Below the pieces are notes generated by a model. The model was not told where the DNA came from. It worked only from the letters and a program-made list of their open reading frames with translations, and did no database searches. The translations under genes and the position numbers were made by a program. A stretch of 64,000 bases of DNA from Burkholderiales bacterium (GTDB lineage Bacteria; Pseudomonadota; Gammaproteobacteria; Burkholderiales; JBDZVW01): NCBI GenBank assembly GCA_035700525.1, contig DASSON010000187.1:4-64003 (forward strand), in the 5' to 3' direction. This document shows positions 9,343-18,558 of this stretch, piece by piece (the stretch's first letter is position 1; every line of letters starts with the position of its first letter).

Positions 9343-10395
9343 TCAGCCTCCAAAATATGAGGCGTATTTCTTTTTAACCGCTTCGATTTGCTTTTCCTCA
9401 ACGGTAGTCGGGTCCGAATGCAGTAGTTTGATTTCGGATAACGGAGTACGGCCTTTCGGCTCCTTCACATTCGGATTAAAAGAGCGCAGTCCTCCCTCGT
9501 CCACCAGAAGCTGCTGGGCTGGAAGCGAGAACAGGTAATGATAGAAGAGACGGGCGGCGTTGGGATGGGGCGCATGTTTGAGAAGGCCGGCTTCGGCGAC
9601 TACTAATGGCGCCCCTTCCGTTGGATAGACCTCCTGAATCGGCGAACCGGATTTTTTCAACATGAAAAGTGTATATTCGTCGCCGTCCATCATAACGGCG
9701 CGCTCGCCTTCAGCGACTTTCTTCGGCGGCACCGTTGCCGATTGAACCTGCATGACATCCTGCTGGCTCAGTTTCTTGAAATAATCCCAGCCGAGGCGTT
9801 TACTCAGCATCAAGGTTTCAGTCATGATGGTGCCGCTGTAGGACGGATGCGCCTTGACGAGCTTTCCCTTCCACCTGGGATCGAGAAGATCTTCGTAGCT
9901 TTTCGGAGCATCGGCCTTTTTCACCAGATTGGTGTTGTAGGCTATGACCGAAATGCTTGCACGGTCCGTGGCATATTGACCGTCCGGATCTTTTTCGTCG
10001 TTGGGCCAGTTGACGACTTCGCTGGGCACTGCGGGTTGGAGCCAACCTTTGCGCTTGAGATAAACGAGCTGTACGGCGTCAGAAGATCCGTACACATCGG
10101 CGTTGTAGATTTTGCTGCCGTATTCCTGAAGTATCCGCTGAAAATTTCGCTCGGCGCCGGAACGCTCGAGTTCGACATTGATTCCGGGATATTTCTTTTC
10201 GAACGCACTGGCGAGTTTCTGGGCGACCTTGAGCCCGATCGCGGTATAGAAGGATACTTTTCCTTCCTTTTGCGCCGCCTTTATCAATTGCGGCGTTACC
10301 TCGTACGGAGCAGGCGCCTGCGCCAACGACACACTTCCCCACATCAATGCGCAGAGCGATACCGCTGCGATGACTGATCTACCCAGTAGCACCAT
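9343..10395 (-). CDS. periplasmic solute-binding protein, family 1, copy 2 (orphan paralog of 6620..7666)
   Basis: Inside ORF 9343..10410. ATG at 10395 is preceded by GGAGGAGG. Collinear with copy 1 over the whole length at roughly three quarters identity by eye. Same C-terminus KKKYASYFGG. Confidence 0.85.
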   Translation of the reverse strand: MVLLGRSVIAAVSLCALMWGSVSLAQAPAPYEVTPQLIKAAQKEGKVSFYTAIGLKVAQKLASAFEKKYPGINVELERSGAERNFQRILQEYGSKIYNADVYGSSDAVQLVYLKRKGWLQPAVPSEVVNWPNDEKDPDGQYATDRASISVIAYNTNLVKKADAPKSYEDLLDPRWKGKLVKAHPSYSGTIMTETLMLSKRLGWDYFKKLSQQDVMQVQSATVPPKKVAEGERAVMMDGDEYTLFMLKKSGSPIQEVYPTEGAPLVVAEAGLLKHAPHPNAARLFYHYLFSLPAQQLLVDEGGLRSFNPNVKEPKGRTPLSEIKLLHSDPTTVEEKQIEAVKKKYASYFGG

Positions 10396-10625
10396 GACTG
10401 CCTCCTCCACTGAAAGAAGAACTACGTCTGCACAGGGCTAAGCGATCGATTTGCGTTGAGCGATGCCATAATCGCACAACTGTTCGAGCGCATGCATTTG
10501 TATTTGTACGCGGCGGCAAAAAAAAATTTATAGGCCCCGGCGTCATATAAAATACAACCTAGTACGAATGGAAATATCAATCTGCCGCCCTCAATTTTCA
10601 GACAGCAACCGGGAGAAACCGAATA

Positions 10626-12059
10626 ATGTCGGAACAGAATGCAATCACTCACGAAATAGTCGAATTCATCGAACGCGTGCAGTTTGCCGACCTGCCGCCC
10701 GAGGCGCTCGACATCGGCCGCCGCTGCATGCTGGATACGTGCGGCCTGTACGCGGCAGGGACCACCGAGCACTCGGTACAGATTCTGATCGAAGATGCGC
10801 GCGCCACCGGCGGCCGCGCGGATGCCGCGCTGCTGACCGGAAAAGGCGCCAAGGTGCCGGCGCCGCTGGCCGCGCGGGTGCTCGGAACCGCCGGTCACGC
10901 CCACGACTGGGATGACACGCAGGTCAGCGGCGATCCCGCTCACGCATACGGACTGCTGACGCACCCGTCGGTGCCGCCGCTGACCGCGGCCCTCGTCACC
11001 GCGCAAACGCTCGGCGGCGTTTCAGGCAAGGATTTGATGCTCGCCTTCCAGACCGGATTCGAAGTCGAATGCAAGATTTCGGACTGGATGCTGCCGGACC
11101 ACTATCGCCGCGGCCATCACAGCAGCGGCACCGTCGGCACCTTCGGCGCGTGCGCTGCGGCTGCAAAGCTGCTCGGGCTCAAGGGCGACAAGCTGGCGTT
11201 TGCGCTCGGCATCGCCGCCAGCCTCGCCGCCGGCATCCGCTGCAATTTCGGCACCATGACCAAGCCGCTGCATGTCGGCCGCGCGGCGGAAAACGGCGTG
11301 ACCGCAGCATTGCTGGCGCAGCGCGGATTCACCGCCGACCCGGCGGCGCTCGACGGCCGCTGGGGTTTCATGCAGGTGCTCGGCGGCGGCCACTCGCCGG
11401 AAAAGGTGAAGGCCGGCCTCGGCAGTCCGCTGACCATCGTGTCGCCCGGCGTTAGCATCAAGCCCTATCCGTCCGGCATCCTCACCCATCAGGCGATGGA
11501 TGCGCTGCTCGAGCTGGTGACGGAACACGACCTGAAGCCGGCGGATGTCAAGAGCATCAAATTTTACGCGGCCAGCAATATCCTGGAACCGATCCGCTAT
11601 GCGCTGGCAACGAACCACCTGCAGGCGAAATTCTCGATGCAGGCGCTGCTGGCGATGATCGTGCTGCGGCGCCGCGCCGGTCCGCGCGAATTCACCGACG
11701 CATTCGTCGGCGGAGCGGAAATGCAGGCGATGCAGAAACGCATCGCAACCATCCACGATCCCGAAATTGAGGCGATGGGCTACGAGTGGATCCGCTCGCG
11801 GCTGGAGCTCGAAACGATGGACGGCCGCGTGCTGAAAAAAGATGCCGACAAGCGCTATCGCGGCGGCCCGAGCAAGCCGATGACGAACGCGGAAGTCGAG
11901 GCCAAGTTCCACGTCTGCACGGACGGGCGGCTGACGTCCGATCAGCAAAAGGCCATGATCGCCGCGATCTGGTCGATCGATACGCTGGACGACGTTTCGA
12001 TACTGCCGGACACGCTGGGTCGCGTCGAGGACAGGCTTGCCGCCCGCGAGCCGGCATGA
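10626..12059 (+). CDS. MmgE/PrpD-family protein (paralog 3)
   Basis: 477 aa with GHAHDWDDTQV...HPSVP and the PrpD-like pattern. SD GGGAGA. Confidence 0.85.
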   Translation: MSEQNAITHEIVEFIERVQFADLPPEALDIGRRCMLDTCGLYAAGTTEHSVQILIEDARATGGRADAALLTGKGAKVPAPLAARVLGTAGHAHDWDDTQVSGDPAHAYGLLTHPSVPPLTAALVTAQTLGGVSGKDLMLAFQTGFEVECKISDWMLPDHYRRGHHSSGTVGTFGACAAAAKLLGLKGDKLAFALGIAASLAAGIRCNFGTMTKPLHVGRAAENGVTAALLAQRGFTADPAALDGRWGFMQVLGGGHSPEKVKAGLGSPLTIVSPGVSIKPYPSGILTHQAMDALLELVTEHDLKPADVKSIKFYAASNILEPIRYALATNHLQAKFSMQALLAMIVLRRRAGPREFTDAFVGGAEMQAMQKRIATIHDPEIEAMGYEWIRSRLELETMDGRVLKKDADKRYRGGPSKPMTNAEVEAKFHVCTDGRLTSDQQKAMIAAIWSIDTLDDVSILPDTLGRVEDRLAAREPA

Positions 12060-12102
12060 CGATAACCCTGGCGGGATTTTCGATCACGCCGGAGAAGCCG
12101 AC

Positions 12103-13491
12103 ATGCGCCCCGCGGACGTGCTGAGCGCGCTGTGGCGCGATGCCGGCTGCGCCGAAGCGGCACTGGCGACGATCGAATTGAGCGGCGCCGAACCGGTGCT
12201 GCCCTCCTCGTTCGCCGTCGGCACCGCGGCGCAGACCAGCATCGCCGCCTCGGCGCTGGCGGCGGCCGAATTGTGGCGGCTGCGCAGCGGCCGGCGGCAG
12301 CGTGTCAGCGTCGACATGCGCGATGCGGCGATCGAATTTCGCAGCGAGCGTTATTTTCGTGTCGACGGCAAGCCGCCGCGCGACTATTACGACGCAATCA
12401 TCGGCATGTATCGCTGCGGCGACGGGCGCTGGGTACGCATTCACACGAATTTTCCACATCACCGCGACGGCGTACTGGCGCTGCTCGGCTGCGAGCACGA
12501 TCGCGCAGCGGTGCAGCGCACACTCGACGGCTGGAGTGCGGAAACATTCGAAACCGAAGCGGCCAACGCCGGGCTTGCGGTGGCTGCAATGCGGTCGTTT
12601 GCCGAATGGGACAACCATCCGCAGGGATCGGCCGTCGCCGGGATGCCGTTGCTGTCGCTGAAAAAAATCGGTGACGCGCCCGCCGCACCGCTGCCGCACG
12701 CTGACCGTCCGCTGCGCGGCATTCGCGTGCTCGATCTCACGCGCGTGATCGCCGGGCCGGTGTGCGGACGCACGCTGGCCGCACATGGCGCCGACGTGCT
12801 GCTCGTCACCGCCGCGCATCTGCACGCGATCGGGCCGCTGGTGATCGACACCGGCCAGGGCAAGCTGTCGTGCCACATCGATTTGCGCACCGCGTCCGGA
12901 CGCGCAACGATGCAGGCACTGGTGCGCGACGCCGACGTGCTGGTTCAGGGCTACCGGCCGGGGGCGTTGCAGGCGCTCGGCTTCGGCCCCGAGGAAGCAG
13001 CACGCATCCGCCCCGGCATCATCTATGTTTCGCTGTCCGCGTACGGCCACGATGGCCCGTGGGCCGGCCGGCATGGTTTCGATTCGCTGGTGCAGATGGC
13101 CGCCGGCATTGACGATGCCGAAGCGAAGGCAGCCGGCATTGCCGACGGTCCGAAAGTACTGCCGGCGCAGGTGCTGGATCATGCGACCGGCTACCTGATG
13201 GCATTCGCCGCGATGGCTGCACTGGCGCGCCGCGCCACCAGCGGCGGCAGCTGGCATGCGCGCCTGTCGCTGGCGCAGACTGCGCACTGGCTGCGCAGCC
13301 TGGGACGGATCGACGGCGGACTGGACTGTCCCGATCCGACATTCGACGACGTGCGTGATCGGCTCGAAGAAAGCGATTCGGGCTTCGGACGGCTGACCGC
13401 AGTCCGCCATGCGGCGCTGCTTTCAGAAACGCCGGTACATTTCGAGCGGCCGTCGGTTGCGCTCGGCACGCACGAACCGCTGTGGCCATGA
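12103..13491 (+). CDS. family III CoA-transferase (CaiB/BaiF type)
   Basis: Inside ORF 12037..13491. ATG at 12103 after GGAGAAG. Has LRGIRVLDLTRVIAGPVCGRTLAAHGADVLLV. Confidence 0.85.
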   Translation: MRPADVLSALWRDAGCAEAALATIELSGAEPVLPSSFAVGTAAQTSIAASALAAAELWRLRSGRRQRVSVDMRDAAIEFRSERYFRVDGKPPRDYYDAIIGMYRCGDGRWVRIHTNFPHHRDGVLALLGCEHDRAAVQRTLDGWSAETFETEAANAGLAVAAMRSFAEWDNHPQGSAVAGMPLLSLKKIGDAPAAPLPHADRPLRGIRVLDLTRVIAGPVCGRTLAAHGADVLLVTAAHLHAIGPLVIDTGQGKLSCHIDLRTASGRATMQALVRDADVLVQGYRPGALQALGFGPEEAARIRPGIIYVSLSAYGHDGPWAGRHGFDSLVQMAAGIDDAEAKAAGIADGPKVLPAQVLDHATGYLMAFAAMAALARRATSGGSWHARLSLAQTAHWLRSLGRIDGGLDCPDPTFDDVRDRLEESDSGFGRLTAVRHAALLSETPVHFERPSVALGTHEPLWP

Positions 13492-13678
13492 AGCGGCGTA
13501 TCAGGGTGGCCTGCTTCAACCGTTTCGTCCGCTCCCGCATCTCGTAACGGAAACAGGAAAAAGGCGCGAAATTACATATTCCTGAATGATATAAAATAAT
13601 AGATCAATATTCTTTGTAGGAATAGCAAGCGCTCGGTAGAATCCGGACTTTGCAACCCGTCCGAAAGAAGCTACACGA

Positions 13679-14251
13679 ATGAGCCGCTTGACAATTCAAA
13701 CCATCGACAGCGCGCCGGCCGAAGCGCGCGAGCGTCTGGCCGCCGCCGCCAAGAGCAACGGTTTTCTCCCCAATCTGCTGGGTGTTCTGGCCAATGCGCC
13801 GGTTGCACTCGAGACCTATCAGACCGTCAGCGCGATCAACGCCCGCAGCGGCTTGTCGGCTGCCGAACGCGAAGTCGTGCAGATCACCGCTGCGGTACGC
13901 AACGGTTGCGGTTTCTGCACCGCCGGCCATACCAAGATTGCACGCAACAAGCTGCAGTTGCCCGATGAACTGGTGGATGCGCTGCGCCACACCACGACAC
14001 CGGATGATCCGAAACTCGCGTCCCTGGCATCGTTCACGCTGGCGGTGATCGACAAGAAAGGCCAGGTGAGCGATATCGAACTGAAGAACTTCCTGGCGGC
14101 CGGTTATACCCAGGCCAGTGTGCTCGAAGTCGTGCTCGGAGTCAGTCTCGCGAGCCTGTGCAACTATGCGAACAATCTGGCGCAAACGCCGCTCAACCCC
14201 GAGCTTCAGCCATTCGCGCTGGAGCCCAACGAAGCGCTGAACGCCGCCTGA
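13679..14251 (+). CDS. carboxymuconolactone decarboxylase / AhpD-like family protein
   Basis: 190 aa with the CxxC motif in NGCGFCTAGH typical of the AhpD/CMD core. Confidence 0.75.
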   Translation: MSRLTIQTIDSAPAEARERLAAAAKSNGFLPNLLGVLANAPVALETYQTVSAINARSGLSAAEREVVQITAAVRNGCGFCTAGHTKIARNKLQLPDELVDALRHTTTPDDPKLASLASFTLAVIDKKGQVSDIELKNFLAAGYTQASVLEVVLGVSLASLCNYANNLAQTPLNPELQPFALEPNEALNAA

Positions 14252-14339
14252 GCAGCAGAACGGAAATTCGTCCGGCAGCGGAAGCCGGATGCGATTACCG
14301 TTTTGCGCCAGCGCGCCCGTTGTATCAGAAATCACTGCA

Positions 14340-15464
14340 ATGAGCCACACCGCCACCCCCGACTTCCCGCTGGATGCGATAGCGGCATTGACCCGTACGG
14401 AACTGTTGCCGCTGGCCAATGCGATCGACCAGGAAGGATTTTATCCGCTCGCCTACCTGCGCCAGCTCGGCGCGCTCGGCGGATTTCGCGGCGGCGCGGC
14501 GCACACCTCCGACGCTCCGGATTTCGACCTGGCACGCCAGATCGAAATCACCGAGCACGTCGGCAGCGTGTGCGGCTCGACCGCGTTTCTGGTGTGGTGC
14601 CAATCGACCTGCGCCTGGTATCTGCTGCACACGCCGAACGAGGCGGCGCGCCGACGCTATGTCGAACGCGTTGCGGACGGCGAACTGCTCGCCGGGACCG
14701 GAATGTCGAACACCGTGAAGCATCTGGCCGGCATCGAAAAAATCCTGCTGACCGCAAAACACGACGGCGACGGTTACGTTGTCGACGGCATCCTGCCGTG
14801 GGTGTCCAACGTCGGCGCCGATCACCTGGTCGTAGTGGCAGCGGAAGTTCCCGGAGAAGGCTACATCATGGTAGCCGTTGAAGGCGGCGCGTCTCATCTG
14901 GAGCTCCATCCCTGCCCGGCCTTTTCCGGAATGGAAGGAACGCAGACGCTGAACCTGCGATTCAGGGGGGTAAGCGTGGCCGCCGACAGCGTGCTCGCCC
15001 ATCCTCATCAGTTCGCGCACTACCTGCAGCGCATCAAGGCCGGATTCCTGCTGGGACAGGCGGCGATGGGCTTCGGCGTCACCGCAGGCTGCATCAGGAC
15101 GATACACGACAGCAACGCGTTCAGTGCGCACGTCAATGCATTCCTCGACGGGCAGGACAACGAGCTGGCGGCGGAACTGGCGACGCTCAGGACACAGGCC
15201 GCGGCACTGGCGGCCCAGGCACAAACCGGCCTCGCGCCGATACTGCCGGTGCTCGAACTGCGCGCGCGCACCTCGGAGCTGACGCTGAAGGCCGCCAATT
15301 CGGCGGTACTGCACGCTGGCGCCAAGGGTTATCAGCGGCGGCATCCCGCCCAGCGGCGCTTGCGTGAAGCGGTATTCGTCGCGATCGTGACGCCGGCGTT
15401 AAAGCATCTGCGCAAGGAGATCCATGATCTCCGCCACCAGCGGCACCAGGCCGAGGCCGCGTGA
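14340..15464 (+). CDS. acyl-CoA dehydrogenase-fold protein (dehydrogenase or flavin monooxygenase, undetermined)
   Basis: Inside ORF 14289..15464. ATG at 14340. Three-domain ACAD-like layout (GFYPLAYLRQLG, GYVVDGILPWVSN, C-terminal helical part). Confidence 0.65.
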   Translation: MSHTATPDFPLDAIAALTRTELLPLANAIDQEGFYPLAYLRQLGALGGFRGGAAHTSDAPDFDLARQIEITEHVGSVCGSTAFLVWCQSTCAWYLLHTPNEAARRRYVERVADGELLAGTGMSNTVKHLAGIEKILLTAKHDGDGYVVDGILPWVSNVGADHLVVVAAEVPGEGYIMVAVEGGASHLELHPCPAFSGMEGTQTLNLRFRGVSVAADSVLAHPHQFAHYLQRIKAGFLLGQAAMGFGVTAGCIRTIHDSNAFSAHVNAFLDGQDNELAAELATLRTQAAALAAQAQTGLAPILPVLELRARTSELTLKAANSAVLHAGAKGYQRRHPAQRRLREAVFVAIVTPALKHLRKEIHDLRHQRHQAEAA

Positions 15465-16417
15465 TGCTGCAATGGATACGGCGCCCGCTCCACCTGTACC
15501 TGCGCGGAGACGGCACAGCGGGTGACGAGCAGCGCAGCGGCCCGCACGGGATGGGAGACAGTGACGCACAGTTCCTGCACGTCCCGGCTGATGCCGTATC
15601 CGGCGATGCGGAGCACCGGCCCGCAGTGTTGGAAGCACTCGACGTCGCGCTCAGTTATCCGCAGCGGGAACGTCAGGCCAATGCCGTGCTGTGCGATTTT
15701 TCGATGCGGCTGGCGCCCGCCGAAGTGGTTGCGGTTATTGGCCCCAGCGGTGTTGGCAAGTCATCGCTGCTGCGCGTACTGGCCGGACTGCAAACGCCGG
15801 ATAGCGGCGCCATCAAGGTTCACGGCAAACTGCTCGACGGGCCGCATCCGCGAATCGGTTTCGTATTTCAGGACCCGTGCCTGCTGCCCTGGCTGACGCT
15901 TGAACAGAACGTCGCGTTCGGGCTGGACTTCAAGCATCAGCCGCGCATCAGTCCGGCCGAGCGACAGGCACGCGTCGAAGCGGCGATCGCGGAGGTCGAT
16001 CTGCAGGCGGCACACAGCCGCTACCCGGCAGCGCTGTCGGGAGGCATGGCACAACGCGCGGCACTGGCCCGCAGCCTGGCGCGCCAGCCCGAAATCCTGC
16101 TGATGGACGAGCCGTTCAGCGCGCTCGATGAAATCACGCGCAGCGAGATGCAGACGCTGCTGCTGCAGATCACGGCACGCCACCGCACCTCGGCCATTCT
16201 CGTTACTCACGATATCGACGAAGCATTGATCGTGGCCGACCGCATTTTGCTGCTCGGCCATCACCCGGCCCGCCTCATCGGCCAATGGCGCGTTGACCTG
16301 CCGCACCCCCGCGACGACGCGTTGCGCGAGCTGGCCGATGTCCGGGTCGACATCGTCGAACAACTGCGGAAAGCGCGCCGTGCGCCGTCCGCGCACCAAT
16401 CTGTTCATCCAGCCTGA
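15464..16417 (+). CDS. ABC transporter ATP-binding protein (NitT/TauT family)
   Basis: GPSGVGKSSLL, LSGGMAQR, LLMDEP. The start is GTGATG overlapping the upstream stop. I prefer ATG 15464 (GAGG 7 nt upstream); GTG 15461 or ATG 15551 remain possible. Confidence 0.85.
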   Translation: MLQWIRRPLHLYLRGDGTAGDEQRSGPHGMGDSDAQFLHVPADAVSGDAEHRPAVLEALDVALSYPQRERQANAVLCDFSMRLAPAEVVAVIGPSGVGKSSLLRVLAGLQTPDSGAIKVHGKLLDGPHPRIGFVFQDPCLLPWLTLEQNVAFGLDFKHQPRISPAERQARVEAAIAEVDLQAAHSRYPAALSGGMAQRAALARSLARQPEILLMDEPFSALDEITRSEMQTLLLQITARHRTSAILVTHDIDEALIVADRILLLGHHPARLIGQWRVDLPHPRDDALRELADVRVDIVEQLRKARRAPSAHQSVHPA

Positions 16418-16430
16418 GTCCCAACCAACA

Positions 16431-17642
16431 ATGAAAAAAACTCCCGTCAACGAAGCGCCGGACTCGGAAGCCCGCCGCGATTTTCTGAAACTTTCGACGC
16501 TCTTCACCGCTGCCGGCGCGCTGCCGCTGCTGCAGCTGCACCGGAAGGCAATCGCCGCCGAACCGGATGCGCCGTTGCGTATCGGCTATCTGCCGATCAC
16601 CGATGCCGCGGCACTGCTGATCGGTCACCACAACAAACTGTTTCAGGAGCAGGGGCTCAAGGTCGAAAAGCCGCGGCTGTTTCGCGGCTGGGCACAGATC
16701 GTCGAAGCCTTTCTCAGCGGACAGGTCAATGTCGTGCACATGCTGTCGCCGGTGACGATCTGGGCCCGCTACGGCAGCCAGTCGCGTTCGAAGGTCGTGG
16801 CGTGGAATCACACCTGCGGTTCCGCGCTGACCGTTGCGGTGCAGCCGGAAATTCACACACTGGGCGATCTGGCGGGGAAAACCTTCGCCATCCCGTTCTG
16901 GTACTCGGTGCACAACGTCATCCTGCAGCATTTGCTGAAGAGCCAGGGCATCCAATCAATCAGCAAGGGTACCCCGGGGCCGAAACAGGTCAAGCTGGTG
17001 GTGATGGCGCCGTCCGACATGCTCGCCGGCCTTGCCGCGCGCAAGATCGTCGGCTACATCGTGGCGGAGCCGTTCAATGCCGCGGCCGAGCTGCTGAAGG
17101 TCGGCAAGATTCTGCGCTTCACCGGCGACGTCTGGAAGGATCACGCCTGCTGCGTGGTGTGGATGCACGAGAACGATCTGGAGCAGCGGCCGGAATGGAC
17201 ACAGAAAGTGGTCAACGGCATCGTGCTGGCCCAGAAATGGATACGCGGTCATCGCGACGAAACCGCCCGCATCCTGGCGCGCAACGATCCCGATCACTAT
17301 ACGCCGCACAACTACGACGTGCTGGCGAAAGTGCTGGCGCCGAAGCCGCAGGATACGGCCCGATACATCGCCTCGGGAGCAATCCACCATCCGGCCTGGC
17401 ATGAACACCGCATCGACTTCCACCCTTATCCGTTCCCGAGCTATACCGAATCGCTGGTGTCGCTGTTGAAGGACACGGTGGTCGAAGGCAAGAATGATTT
17501 CCTTCCGAAACTCGATCCCGCGTTCGTCGCGCGCGATCTGGTCGATGACCGTTTCGTCAAAAAGGCGATTACCGACAACGGCGGCATGCAGTCCTTTGAC
17601 CTGCCGAACAGTTTCACCCGCAAGGAAGTCATCACCACCTGA
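16431..17642 (+). CDS. NrtA/CmpA-like periplasmic binding protein (NitT/TauT family) with Tat-type signal
   Basis: Inside ORF 16293..17642. ATG at 16431. RRDFLKLSTLFTAAGALP twin-arginine motif. LRIGYLPITDAAALLIG. Confidence 0.8.
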   Translation: MKKTPVNEAPDSEARRDFLKLSTLFTAAGALPLLQLHRKAIAAEPDAPLRIGYLPITDAAALLIGHHNKLFQEQGLKVEKPRLFRGWAQIVEAFLSGQVNVVHMLSPVTIWARYGSQSRSKVVAWNHTCGSALTVAVQPEIHTLGDLAGKTFAIPFWYSVHNVILQHLLKSQGIQSISKGTPGPKQVKLVVMAPSDMLAGLAARKIVGYIVAEPFNAAAELLKVGKILRFTGDVWKDHACCVVWMHENDLEQRPEWTQKVVNGIVLAQKWIRGHRDETARILARNDPDHYTPHNYDVLAKVLAPKPQDTARYIASGAIHHPAWHEHRIDFHPYPFPSYTESLVSLLKDTVVEGKNDFLPKLDPAFVARDLVDDRFVKKAITDNGGMQSFDLPNSFTRKEVITT

Positions 17643-17728
17643 ACCATCGGGATGGCGAACGTCAACGGAAAATCGGCCCCGCAGCAGCTTTGCTGCCGCA
17701 CACGGCACGCAATCCTGTCGCGGATGTC

Positions 17729-18505
17729 ATGAGTCAGAACACTCGATTCGACCGCTACCGCACGCGCATCGGCCTGAGCCTGCTCGGACTGCTGGTGCTG
17801 CTGGCGATCTGGGCGCTCGCGACGTGGTGGCTGCGGCAGGACGTGGCGCTCGCCGCACGGCTCAGCCCGCGTGAGACGTTCGACAGTCTCTACCATCTGC
17901 TGGCGGACAACGAACTCACGGGGCACATACTCGCCAGTCTGCGGCGGGTGCTGGTCAGTCTGGCGCTGGCGCTGGCGCTCGGTGTGCCGATCGGTCTGGC
18001 ACTCGGCATGTCGCCACTTCTCGACAGCGGCACCAGCGGCGCCTTTCAGTTCCTGCGCATGATTTCGCCACTGTCGTGGATGCCGATCGCGGTGATGGCG
18101 TTCGGCATCGGCGACGCGCCGATCTATTTCCTGCTGACGATAACGGCGGTGTGGCCGATCATTCTCAATACGTCGGCCGGCGTGCGCCAGCTCGACGTGC
18201 GCTGGCTGGTGCTGGCCAGGAGCCTCAGCGCCACCCGCCGCGAGGTGATGTTCAGAATCGTGCTGCCCGGCGTTCTGGGCCACATCCTGACCGGCGCACG
18301 GGTGGCGATCGGCATCATCTGGATCCTGCTCGTTCCGTGCGAAATGCTGGGCGTCAGCTCGGGCCTGGGCTATTTCATTCTCGATACGCGCGACCGCCTC
18401 GCCTACTCGCAGCTGATGGCGGTGATCATTCTGATCGGTGCGCTGGGGTTCCTGCTCGACGCGCTGGTGCAGAAGCTGCACCGCCACTGGACACACACCG
18501 CCTGA
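17729..18505 (+). CDS. ABC transporter permease (NitT/TauT family)
   Basis: Inside ORF 17690..18505. ATG at 17729. Multi-TM with an EAA-like loop region. Confidence 0.85.
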   Translation: MSQNTRFDRYRTRIGLSLLGLLVLLAIWALATWWLRQDVALAARLSPRETFDSLYHLLADNELTGHILASLRRVLVSLALALALGVPIGLALGMSPLLDSGTSGAFQFLRMISPLSWMPIAVMAFGIGDAPIYFLLTITAVWPIILNTSAGVRQLDVRWLVLARSLSATRREVMFRIVLPGVLGHILTGARVAIGIIWILLVPCEMLGVSSGLGYFILDTRDRLAYSQLMAVIILIGALGFLLDALVQKLHRHWTHTA

Positions 18506-18558
18506 GCGGCGCATCGCGGCAGCGTTACCGCAGCGGGCACTTCCGGCGCCTTCGCCGA

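Noticed and set aside
13578-13623. ATTCCT...AGGAAT inverted repeat in the AT-rich gap upstream of the AhpD-like operon, as a possible operator.
   Set aside because: The arms are only 6 bp, separated by 34 nt, in AT-rich DNA, which is easily a chance match. The region is probably a promoter, but I cannot place -35/-10 confidently.
1102-18505. tRNA-Leu-anchored genomic island covering the accessory metabolic block.
   Set aside because: No integrase, transposase or phage gene is present. By eye I found no second copy of the tRNA 3' end (GGTTCGAGTCCGGCCGCCCGCACCA) at the far boundary. Only the 7.7-10.6 kb sub-block looks compositionally different. Whole-genome comparison would be needed to test this.
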